DNA of 32,000 nucleotides, from contig NZ_CP042905.2 of NCBI RefSeq assembly GCF_008000775.2, positions 3,480,001-3,512,000 of the forward strand, read 5' to 3'. Made by a program: the position numbers and the translations under genes. Positions within the stretch are counted from its first letter, which is position 1, and each line of letters begins with the position of its first letter. Origin of the DNA: Promethearchaeum syntrophicum. GTDB taxonomy: Archaea > Asgardarchaeota > Lokiarchaeia > Sigyniarchaeales > Promethearchaeaceae. Positions 1 to 8,748 of the stretch are shown here, one piece after another. The notes beneath the pieces were generated by a model. That model was given only the letters and a program-made list of their open reading frames with translations. It was not told the DNA's origin and searched no databases.

Positions 1-424
1 TTTTATATTCTTCAAGGCCTAATTGCCCCCTCCTCTTCATTATGGGATCGGAAAATGGCAAAGCAATTCCAGTTTCTAATACGCTTATCGCTTGAGAGTT
101 GAATGCATCGGGAATTTTTCCCGCTTTCACACAGGAATTTTTTATCACGTCAAAAATTTCTGTTAATTCAACTTTTTGTGGACAAACCTCTACACATTTC
201 TGACATGTAAGGCAATACCAAACATTAGGTTGTTGGAGATTGATTAATTTGTCCTTTAAACCGAGAAGCGAGGCTTCAATAAGTTTACGTGGATTAAAAT
301 CTCCGTTAGTAAGTTGAGCCACAGGGCAAATACCGGTACACGTAGCACATTGATAACAATAATTCAATGATGCATTAAAACCCCGGATTTGGTTTCTAAA
401 ATCATAATCGATGGTTAGAGTCAT
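1..424 (-). CDS. HdrC-like 4Fe-4S protein (heterodisulfide reductase subunit C-like), C-terminus cut by window edge
   Basis: Manual reverse-strand translation from ATG at 424: MTLTIDYDFRNQIRGFNASLNYCYQCATCTGICPVAQLTNGDFNPRKLIEASLLG...NVWYCLTCQKCVEVCPQ; two CxxCxxCxxxCP motifs, open to position 1. Not in the supplied ORF track. Confidence 0.85.
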   Translation of the reverse strand, partial: MTLTIDYDFRNQIRGFNASLNYCYQCATCTGICPVAQLTNGDFNPRKLIEASLLGLKDKLINLQQPNVWYCLTCQKCVEVCPQKVELTEIFDVIKNSCVKAGKIPDAFNSQAISVLETGIALPFSDPIMKRRGQLGLEEYK

Positions 425-793
425 TAATATCCCTTCATTTTTTTTATGTAAATAATTGATCATCAATAAAATATATCTTGTTCAAAGTGATCAAAAATTC
501 TACAAATATATGTAAATATATCAGTAAATACATTCTTAAATCTTTTTAATTGATTTTTCACTATAAATCGTAAAAAACATTGAGTATAATTACAGATTTC
601 AATCAAAATTTTCAATTTCGTTATTTTTTTTGTCTATTATGATCATAAATCAAGGTTTTCGTGACAAAAATGCCAAATAATAATAATTTTAACTTTGATA
701 AAAATCAATGTTTCAGTAATACTTTTGCTAAATTATTATAATCAAATATATTAATATGCTCAAAGTATTCTAATCTATACGAAAGTGATTTTT

Positions 794-1183
794 ATGGTGA
801 AAAAAGAAGTAATTAAAGGAAGAGCCCCATTTAGTGATGCAGTAAAGGTGGGACATTCTGTCTTTATCTCTGGTCAAATTCCCAAAGACCCAATAAAAGG
901 AGGTTGGGCGGATAACATTAGAGACCAGACAACTCAATGCCTTGAAAATATTAAAAATATTCTTCAAAAAGCAGGAGGAAATGTTTCTGATATTGTCAAA
1001 ATAACAATTTTTCTGACAAATATTGAGAACTATGGTGGAATGAATGAGGCTTTTATAGACTTCTTCAAAAAAAATAAAATCGAAGAAGATTTCCCTGCTA
1101 GAACCGCAATTCAAGCAGGTCCGCTCTTTTATAGAGAATGGCTTATCGAAATCGAAGCAGTGGCTATTATTCAAGAAATTTAA
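794..1183 (+). CDS. ridA: RidA/YjgF/YER057c/UK114 family protein
   Basis: VISGQIPKDP-like FISGQIPKDP, NIRDQTTQCLENIKNILQKAGG, VKITIFLTN, FPARTAIQAGPL motifs. ATG at 794 preceded by SD-like GTGAT at 785-789; the ORF track start at 785 is a GTG that overlaps this site. Confidence 0.9.
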   Translation: MVKKEVIKGRAPFSDAVKVGHSVFISGQIPKDPIKGGWADNIRDQTTQCLENIKNILQKAGGNVSDIVKITIFLTNIENYGGMNEAFIDFFKKNKIEEDFPARTAIQAGPLFYREWLIEIEAVAIIQEI

Positions 1184-1347
1184 GTTATCAAATTTTTTTG
1201 CCTTTTCTTATTGAATATTTCATTAAAACGTTTGGAAAAACAAAAATGTTTCAATTTAAGCCCCAGTTCAAACCAGTCCGCTACATTTCATGAATAGAAA
1301 ATGGAAATTAAAGTTATAGCTATTATCAAGATTTGAAACTTACTTAT

Positions 1348-1608
1348 TTATTTTTTCTTTTTGGGAGTAAATCCATGACACGAATCTAAATTTTTAAGAG
1401 GACCCCCCCATAATTCACAATACCCTATTGCTTCAGGATTGGTTAAGCAAAATTCATGGACATTATCTTGTATTCCTTCAGTTTGACAATTAAAGAAATA
1501 ATAACAATCACCGCAACTACATAAATTTACTTTTTCATTCATCTGCATTTCAATCACATTTTTATAATCATTAATTTGCATTTTAATCACATTTTTAATA
1601 TTGATCAT
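1348..1608 (-). CDS. Small Cys-rich protein of unknown function, possible metal binding
   Basis: 86 aa ORF with CSCGDCYYFFNCQTEG...FCLTNPEAIGYCELW...SCHGF; seven Cys in the C-terminal ~55 aa. Several in-frame start codons. Confidence 0.55.
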   Translation of the reverse strand: MINIKNVIKMQINDYKNVIEMQMNEKVNLCSCGDCYYFFNCQTEGIQDNVHEFCLTNPEAIGYCELWGGPLKNLDSCHGFTPKKKK

Positions 1609-1703
1609 TTACTATAATAAGGTTTATTAATTTATAGAAAAAAAATCAAATATTTAATACTAATGCATAATATTAACCATTTTTTAAAATACATTCGTTT
1701 TTT

Positions 1704-2026
1704 TTACATAAAATTATCGGAAATGATAATTAAACCCGTAGGAATTAACCTTTCCGATCGATACACGGAAATACAAAATTTATCACTCAGTTTTATTCTC
1801 GGCTGATTAATTAAACGATTATCCTCTATGAGAGTACTTGAAGCACCGCCATCTAAATTTAATATAATTGTAAAATTTAAGCGCTTTATTATTTGACAAC
1901 ATTCTTCCAAGAATAATCCCGCCCTATTACACGTTCTCCCATCAACTACAAGAAAGAAATAATTTTTATCATTAAAACCCAAAATTGTTTGGAGATGTGG
2001 GTCGGCAGTTATTCCTTCAAGATTTT
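1704..2026 (-). pseudogene. 5'-truncated phosphodiester glycosidase (NAGPA-like) fragment
   Basis: Frame reads NLEGITADPHLQTILGFNDKNYFFLVVDGRTCNRAGLFLEECCQIIKRLNFTIILNLDGGASSTLIEDNRLINQPR, matching the C-terminal half of the domain (VVDGR, NLDGGxSSTL). In-frame TAA at 2025-2027, no N-terminal half. ORF track calls only 1704..1982 from a TTG. Confidence 0.6.
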
Positions 2027-3379
2027 ACCGAAAATTTCTTGGATATCATTGTTATTCACAATTTGATTAATTAACGAATATATATTATCTTTTTCAAAAT
2101 AAGATTTTATCTCTTGAATTTTTTCAATTAAATTTACAGTACTTTTATTGTCGAATGTCAATTTTTGATCAGATTCATCTTTGAGTAATGAATTTTCAAA
2201 AACAACGGTTTGTCCCAGTGAGAATTTCGATTTTTTCCTTTCATTTTCAGTATTTCCTTTTTGAACAGGAGGAGTACTAGTATTGTATTGTTCGCGCAAA
2301 CGAATATCTAAATCATTAATCATTTTTTGTGATAATCCAATAAGTGGCATGAAATGGACGGGAGTTACTTGTTGTCCTACAAGGTAGGAGAATTCATCTG
2401 ATAAATCTATAGCAGTAATAAGTCCTTTGAAATAAAGACGTTTTTTCTTATAAACAATTTGCCCAGATGCATTAAGATTCTTTCGTAAATTTTCAAATAG
2501 AATCATTGTGGCAAATTTATAATAATACTCCAAATCATGTTCAGGAATATTGTCTTGCTGGATTTGTTTTATTAAAGGCTCAACATCAAGGATAATCAAT
2601 TTCATAGATTCAGAAAGATATCTTGCGTTTTGCTCAATATTTTTAATAATCTTATAATATTCCTCATTATTTTTAGTAAGACCTAATGAATCCGCAAGAA
2701 ATATTACTGGTTCAACAATAGCCCCTCTTCTTATCATTAATTGTGTTGCTACATTTTCACCCTTATAACCTTTGAAAAGAGCAATCACTGCCTTATCTGT
2801 TTCAATAGGGTTTCCTCCCCAGATAGTAGGTATTTTTTCAGTGTAGATATAGGCATGTTTCTCCCTAACTTCTATATAGATTGTTTTATCAGGATTAGAC
2901 AAATCCACAATTAATTTTTTCCCTTTATCGGTAAAATCATCATGAATTGATCCTCCAATTTCTCGTTCAATTTCAAGAGAAGTATGTGGAAAAGCTTTAA
3001 TTCTACTTGCTCTCACAGCAAAAGTATCGTTATGTTCAATATAGAAGGAAGCGAGTTTAAGAGCAGAATCAAGAATTAGTTCATAGTTGGGATCCACTGA
3101 AAATCCTGGAGAAATTGAGTACAACCCGATGACATTTTGAAAAACTACTAATGCTTTTGGAATTTGTTCAGTTGGAAAATGAAATATTAATCTCCCAAAT
3201 CTCCGAAATGAAGATATGAGATTTAAACCTTCTCGTTTGCATACTTTACTTATATGATCCAATAACGAATATTCCATTCGTGCTCGGACTTTCTTGGATT
3301 TTAAACCTAGTTCATTATACCGCCCGATTATAATGTTATAAAATTGCATTACTGAACTATTTTCTGAAGCATTTTTCAT
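2009..3379 (-). CDS. THUMP-domain protein resembling ThiI, with degenerate PP-loop
   Basis: 456 aa; N-terminal NIIIGRYNELGLKSKKVRARMEYSLLDHI...THUMP-like FAVRASRIKAFPHTSLEIEREIGGSI...VDLSNPDKTIYIEVREKHAYIYTEKI; MPLIGLSQKMI parallels the RPLIGxDKxEI segment of ThiI. Confidence 0.75.
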   Translation of the reverse strand: MKNASENSSVMQFYNIIIGRYNELGLKSKKVRARMEYSLLDHISKVCKREGLNLISSFRRFGRLIFHFPTEQIPKALVVFQNVIGLYSISPGFSVDPNYELILDSALKLASFYIEHNDTFAVRASRIKAFPHTSLEIEREIGGSIHDDFTDKGKKLIVDLSNPDKTIYIEVREKHAYIYTEKIPTIWGGNPIETDKAVIALFKGYKGENVATQLMIRRGAIVEPVIFLADSLGLTKNNEEYYKIIKNIEQNARYLSESMKLIILDVEPLIKQIQQDNIPEHDLEYYYKFATMILFENLRKNLNASGQIVYKKKRLYFKGLITAIDLSDEFSYLVGQQVTPVHFMPLIGLSQKMINDLDIRLREQYNTSTPPVQKGNTENERKKSKFSLGQTVVFENSLLKDESDQKLTFDNKSTVNLIEKIQEIKSYFEKDNIYSLINQIVNNNDIQEIFGKILKE

Positions 3380-3471
3380 AGAGTTCTCTAGTAAAAATTA
3401 AAAGGTTTATCATCAAAAAAATAAACGATTTTAATATATAGATTAATATAATACTAGACAAGGTCTAAAAA

Positions 3472-4497
3472 ATGAGTAATGAAGGCAAAAAATACGATGT
3501 TGTAGGTCTAGGATCATGCACTTTAGATTTGATTTTTGAAGTGGATGATATTATGAGACTGGATATTGTAGACAGAGATAAAATTGAAAAGAAATATATT
3601 TGTATTGAGAATTCTAGTAAACTTAATGTAAAAACAGTAAAATCGTATCCCGGAGGTTCCGCTGCAAATATTTCTTGTGATTTATCTAATATAGGCTTTA
3701 AAACGGCATATATTGGAGGAATAGGCGCAGATACAGCAGGAGATACGTGTTTAACAGATTTGCGAAATCATAATGTTGATGTTTCAGGAGTAAAAATATT
3801 TTCTGAAGATTCTACTGCACATTCAGTTATTTTGGTAAATTCTGCTTATAAAGATCGATCGATTCTCGCTTATAAAGGTGCAAATGACCTCTATTCTGAA
3901 AAAGATGTTCCAATTGAAAAACTACAGAACACGAGATGTTTTGTGTGGACAAGTTTAACTTCTGATATGGGTATTGGAGCGATAAGAAAGTGCATAGAAA
4001 TTACTAAATCATCAGGAGGAATTATTGCTGCTGCCCCATCTATTTCAATAATTAAGAAAAGAAAAAAGGATGCTATTAAACTCATGCGTCTAGCTGATTT
4101 AACTAGTCTTAATGATGAAGAATTAGAAGAAATCACGGGTATAAAGCGAGACCTTCATGCTGCTATGGCATTATTATTTGAATGGGGAATTAAAATCGTT
4201 AATTTAACACTTGGTAAAAATGGACAATGGATATCCGATGGAAAAACATTAATTAAAACGCGCCCACCTTCAATCCATGTTATGGATACTACTGGCGCGG
4301 GAGATGCTACCATGAGCGGGATTATTTATGGATTCTTGGAAAATAAAAGTCTTCATGATACCGCTATGATAGCCGCGTCCCTAAGTGCAATGGAAATTGA
4401 AGCGACAGGAGTTCGAGTCGGATTACCGGATAAATTCTCGGAGCTTCAAACTTTCATTAACAATCATGAATTTCAACAAGAAACAAGCAATTTTTGA
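3472..4497 (+). CDS. PfkB-family carbohydrate/nucleoside kinase
   Basis: YPGGSAANISCDLSNIGFKTAYIGGIGADTAGD and C-terminal DTTGAGDATMSGIIYGFL signatures. Confidence 0.92.
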   Translation: MSNEGKKYDVVGLGSCTLDLIFEVDDIMRLDIVDRDKIEKKYICIENSSKLNVKTVKSYPGGSAANISCDLSNIGFKTAYIGGIGADTAGDTCLTDLRNHNVDVSGVKIFSEDSTAHSVILVNSAYKDRSILAYKGANDLYSEKDVPIEKLQNTRCFVWTSLTSDMGIGAIRKCIEITKSSGGIIAAAPSISIIKKRKKDAIKLMRLADLTSLNDEELEEITGIKRDLHAAMALLFEWGIKIVNLTLGKNGQWISDGKTLIKTRPPSIHVMDTTGAGDATMSGIIYGFLENKSLHDTAMIAASLSAMEIEATGVRVGLPDKFSELQTFINNHEFQQETSNF

Positions 4498-4506
4498 TGA
4501 TTTATT

Positions 4507-5676
4507 ATGGAAATCAAATATCGCACTTATGAAGCAGGTGATGAAGTAGAATTAGCCCAGCTTTTTAATATTTGTTTCCATTATTCAGGGGCTGGTTTTT
4601 CCAGAACCCCTAAAAACATTCTATGGCGTTATTTAGACAGTCCTAGCGGAAAAGCAGAAGAAATACAGATTGCAATAAACTCTAAAACTAATAAAATTGT
4701 AGGAGCCATTTCTTGCCCTATTGAAGATTTAATATTTAATGGGGAACATTTTAAATCAGGATCTGTAAACGATGTGGCCGTATTACCTAAATACCAGGGG
4801 AAGGGAATAGCAAAAGAATTATTGCAACGAACTATAGATTTTATGAAAAGGGAAGGATGTAAAATCTCAAGTTTGATTGCAGATCCAAAAGGTCATGCGC
4901 GTTCACACCTTTATTTACCATTTGGATGGCAAGATATTGTAAAAATTGAAGTTTGTGTTAGTTTAAATATCTCAATCTTAAGATATTTTCCAATTATTTT
5001 TCCATATGCTCCATTTTTAATTTTGAATATAATAAAACAGAATTTTAGATTAAAAAAGCTTGAGAGAAAGTTTCTAAGGCTCAATATTAAAACTAAAATA
5101 ATTCATACAGATAGAAACAACCTTATTCCAAAAGACCTTAATGATATTTTAAGATGTATGTACAACGATAATTCTATGAAGAATTTCAACGGTTCGGTTA
5201 ATTTTTCAAAAGAATATTGGAAACATTTTCGTGAAAATCCAATTTCATCTGGATCAAAGCCAACCTATATTGTATTATATAGAAATCAAGAAATTATTGG
5301 ATTTTCGAGCTTTACTCGACATTGGTTCCAATTAGAAAAGATTGGATTTCGAATTCCATTAGCTATAGCTCGAGAATTTATTATAGATCGCAGATATTTT
5401 ACAAATTTTAATCATTTTTTACTATCTTCCTCATTTCTTATTGAAAAAACCATTGAAGCTTCAAAGGAACGTAAATGTTCTACTTTGTTGGTTGCTGTTT
5501 CAGATCAAAATAGAATTTTATATTCTATATTGAACAATAAAAGATTATTCCATTTTCCCGGGGCTGTTTTAATGTACAAAAATTTAGATAAATCCTCAAT
5601 AAAGTCATTTTCATCTTTTCCATTTAATTCTAAGCCAATTCAGCACGATTTAGGAGAAATATGGCTTTATCCATAA
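4507..5676 (+). CDS. GNAT N-acetyltransferase (two-domain, Eis-like)
   Basis: YRTYEAGDEVELAQLFN..., VNDVAVLPKYQGKGIAKELLQRTIDFMKREG (acetyl-CoA binding motif QGKGIA). Confidence 0.8.
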   Translation: MEIKYRTYEAGDEVELAQLFNICFHYSGAGFSRTPKNILWRYLDSPSGKAEEIQIAINSKTNKIVGAISCPIEDLIFNGEHFKSGSVNDVAVLPKYQGKGIAKELLQRTIDFMKREGCKISSLIADPKGHARSHLYLPFGWQDIVKIEVCVSLNISILRYFPIIFPYAPFLILNIIKQNFRLKKLERKFLRLNIKTKIIHTDRNNLIPKDLNDILRCMYNDNSMKNFNGSVNFSKEYWKHFRENPISSGSKPTYIVLYRNQEIIGFSSFTRHWFQLEKIGFRIPLAIAREFIIDRRYFTNFNHFLLSSSFLIEKTIEASKERKCSTLLVAVSDQNRILYSILNNKRLFHFPGAVLMYKNLDKSSIKSFSSFPFNSKPIQHDLGEIWLYP

Positions 5677-5765
5677 TCTTTTTTTCAAAAAAGTTTTATT
5701 ATTTTTTCGACTAGGTTCCCTTTTGAAAAAATAATTCAGTTATCATTAATTTTCAATTATACGGA

Positions 5766-7664
5766 ATGAAAAAAATCTATTTGATCGATTATGATCTATG
5801 TTCTTTAAACTCATGTGGACAGCCGTGTGTTACTAAATGTCCAATTTCTATCAGTAATCAAAGGAAAAAACAACATCATAAAAAAGATGAAGTTCCTATT
5901 CGTTATAAAAAATCGACTGATAAAATGATTATAATCGATGAATTTTGCATTAAATGTGGAATATGTTTGAATGTTTGCCCAAGAAATGCAATTTATTCAA
6001 TTTTTTTATTAGATGAACCTGATGAAGATTTAATCAATCATGAATACCCTTTAATAACTGAGAACACAAAAATTTCTATTGTACCCAATGAAAAAAATCA
6101 TGGTTTCAGATTATTTGGTCTACCAACCTTATTTTCGGGAAAAGTAACAGGATTATGTGGACCAAATGGTATAGGAAAATCAACAGTTCTCAATATATTA
6201 TCTGGAAATTTAAAAATGAATTTTGGAAATACTAAAGATAATGAACTAAAATGGCAAGATTTATTAAATCATGTAAAAGAAAGTGAAATGCGCCATCATT
6301 TTCAAGGAATTATAAGCGGGCAAAGGCATATCGCATATAAGCAGCAAGTTCTTAAAATCTTCTTCGAGAAGTACAAACAAATAAAAATTAAAGATATCCT
6401 CAGAGAGCAAAAGCATATTAATGATAAATTTTACAATCGAATAATTGAAAACCTGGATATTACTGCGATTGCAGATAGATATTTAGATCAATGTTCAGGG
6501 GGCGAATTGCAGCGATTTGCTATTGCATCGGTTCTTATTCAAAATGCAGATTGTTATCTTATCGATGAACCATGCACATTCCTTGATGTAAAAAAACGGA
6601 TTAAACTAGCGGAATTATTGCAAGATCGCGCTAGAGGGTTTGGAAGTAATACAACATACCCTATTTTAGTGGTTGAACATGATTTAGCAATATTGGATTA
6701 TATGAGTGATGTTATCCATCTTTTTTATGGAACCCCACACGATTTTGGAGTAATGACGAGGGTTCAAACCACTAAAAATGGAATAAACTCATATCTAAAT
6801 GGATTTTTAAAAACGGAAAATATTCAATTCCGTAAAAAGAAAATTGGATTTAGAAGGAGCGTTTCAGATCGGTCTTGGGATAATGCTAGAATTTTTGTAG
6901 ATTATGAAAAATTAACAAAAACTTTTGATGGATTTCAATTGATTGTTGGATCTGGCACAATATATGAAGGTGAAATTCTTGGTATAGTTGGAGAAAATGG
7001 AACCGGAAAATCAACATTTGCAAAAATTATAACGGGAGAAATTAAACCGGATGAAAATAGCATATTTAAAACCATAAATCGTTATGTGTCGTATAAACCT
7101 CAATATATCACAAGGGATTTTAATGGAAGTGCGAAGGAATTTATAATGCAAACTTCGCAAAATTATGATTTTTCCGAAAAAATGACACTTCTACTATATT
7201 CCCCCTTGGGCGTAGATAAATATTTTAATACTCCTGTTAAAGAACTCTCGGGTGGTCAATTGCAAAGATTATATATTGCATCTTGTCTGGCAAAAAGAGC
7301 AGAATTGTATATTCTAGACGAGCCTTCTGCTTATTTGGATGTCGAAGAGAGATTACATATTAGTTCAGTTATTCGAGCAGTCACTAAAAGAAACTCCGCA
7401 ACAACAATTGTAATTGAACATGATATTGCTATAATAGATGCTCTATCTGATCGATTACTTCTTTTTAAAGGCATTCCTGGTAAATATGGAAAAACCATTG
7501 GTCCCTTAAGTAAAAGGGACGGAATGAATGAATTTTTAAAAATCTTGGACATTACTTTTCGAAGAGATGAAGAAACTGGAAGAGCTCGAATAAATAAGAA
7601 AGATTCTTCTATTGATAAAAGACAGCGTTCTGCAAATGAATATTTCTATGCACCGAGAAAATAA
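5766..7664 (+). CDS. ABCE1/Rli1 ribosome-recycling ATPase
   Basis: N-terminal ferredoxin motifs (LCSLNSCGQPCVTKCPI; CIKCGICLNVCP), two Walker A (GPNGIGKST, GENGTGKST), signatures CSGGELQR and LSGGQLQR, DEPSAYLDVEER, family C-terminus TFRRDEETGRARINKKDSSIDKRQR. Confidence 0.95.
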   Translation: MKKIYLIDYDLCSLNSCGQPCVTKCPISISNQRKKQHHKKDEVPIRYKKSTDKMIIIDEFCIKCGICLNVCPRNAIYSIFLLDEPDEDLINHEYPLITENTKISIVPNEKNHGFRLFGLPTLFSGKVTGLCGPNGIGKSTVLNILSGNLKMNFGNTKDNELKWQDLLNHVKESEMRHHFQGIISGQRHIAYKQQVLKIFFEKYKQIKIKDILREQKHINDKFYNRIIENLDITAIADRYLDQCSGGELQRFAIASVLIQNADCYLIDEPCTFLDVKKRIKLAELLQDRARGFGSNTTYPILVVEHDLAILDYMSDVIHLFYGTPHDFGVMTRVQTTKNGINSYLNGFLKTENIQFRKKKIGFRRSVSDRSWDNARIFVDYEKLTKTFDGFQLIVGSGTIYEGEILGIVGENGTGKSTFAKIITGEIKPDENSIFKTINRYVSYKPQYITRDFNGSAKEFIMQTSQNYDFSEKMTLLLYSPLGVDKYFNTPVKELSGGQLQRLYIASCLAKRAELYILDEPSAYLDVEERLHISSVIRAVTKRNSATTIVIEHDIAIIDALSDRLLLFKGIPGKYGKTIGPLSKRDGMNEFLKILDITFRRDEETGRARINKKDSSIDKRQRSANEYFYAPRK

Positions 7665-7684
7665 TTCTAAAAAGAAAATAAAAC

Positions 7685-8626
7685 TTAAGTCAATAAAGGA
7701 TGATATTCCACAAATAATTCATTAATTTTCTGTAATATTTGGTTTAAACCTTCTTCTGTTGGCATATCTTGATCTAAAGACAAAGGATGCGCAACATTTA
7801 ATGTATAATCGTAATCCTCGACCTTTCCTTGAACAATGATAAATCTATATCCTTCAAAATTATAAGCTCTGATTTTGGAATCAATTTCCAAATTACCAAA
7901 TTCCTTATAAAACTCCATTGAAGCATCTAAAAACTCTTGATTCTTCCGAAAAATTCGAAATTTACCTAATTCAAGGAGATTATCGACTGTTAAATTCATG
8001 TAATCAACCGAATTCTGAATGGCATAATTCGCAAATAGAACACTGATCTTATTGTAGATAGGTAAATCACCAAGAATTGGTAGAGATATGGATGTCAATA
8101 AAGTTAGAGCATCATAAACAGATGTTTCATAATATCCCACCTCGCGATTTACTAATATTGCTCCAAATTTCCGCTTTAATTTTCTTATTCTTTCTTTTAT
8201 TTCTGGATCTTTTGCAATCTTTGGATCTTTTTTATGAAACATTATTGAAACAATCAATTGAGGGGTATGTTCGTGAATAAAATCATAGACATCAGAAAAA
8301 TATTTCAAGGCTTCATCAAAACTATTGGTGTCTTGGATATCAATTACAAAGAATAGATAGCGAATATCGGAAAGAAATCGTCCAGGTTTATCTAAATAGG
8401 AATTTCGATACTCTTCTTGGCCTCCGTAATCCCAGACAATTGAGTTTTGGCCAAATATTTTAAAAATTGATCTTTGGACGGATTTTGTTGGTGAGGGTGA
8501 TTCCCCTATGTGATATGTTTTCCGAATGGTTTTCACAATTGATGTCTTCCCTGCATTTGCAAGTCCAACCATTGCGATTTTCATTATATCCGTTTCGGGG
8601 TTTTTTTCCATATTTTCGAACTCCAA
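7685..8626 (-). CDS. Rag/Gtr- or Arf-like small GTPase with C-terminal roadblock/longin-like extension
   Basis: G1 GLANAGKTSI, G3 WDYGGQEEYR, Rag-type G4 HKKD; ~110 aa C-terminal domain LLELGKFRIFRKNQEFLDASMEFYKEFG... after the G domain. Start may be an internal Met (MAMVGLANAG is preceded by MENMEKNPETDI). Confidence 0.85.
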   Translation of the reverse strand: MEFENMEKNPETDIMKIAMVGLANAGKTSIVKTIRKTYHIGESPSPTKSVQRSIFKIFGQNSIVWDYGGQEEYRNSYLDKPGRFLSDIRYLFFVIDIQDTNSFDEALKYFSDVYDFIHEHTPQLIVSIMFHKKDPKIAKDPEIKERIRKLKRKFGAILVNREVGYYETSVYDALTLLTSISLPILGDLPIYNKISVLFANYAIQNSVDYMNLTVDNLLELGKFRIFRKNQEFLDASMEFYKEFGNLEIDSKIRAYNFEGYRFIIVQGKVEDYDYTLNVAHPLSLDQDMPTEEGLNQILQKINELFVEYHPLLT

Positions 8627-8748
8627 AAATCAATTCAAATTATGTTGACAATAAAAAAAAAATGTACTACTACTTATGATTTTAGGTTTTTATTTGTTAA
8701 TTATTTTTATGTTTTTAGGTTTTTATTTGTTTTTTATTAAGATAGTTT

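Noticed and set aside
770-1174. 134 aa minus-strand ORF opposite RidA
   Set aside because: Low-complexity Phe/Ile/Asn-rich antisense shadow of a clear RidA gene. The same applies to 3891-4136, 7331-7552, 8077-8280, 10392-10589, 14326-14610, 18294-18494, 20314-20505, 21127-21315, 22953-23144, 23887-24081, 24066-24251, 25268-25477, 26965-27192 and 30597-30845.
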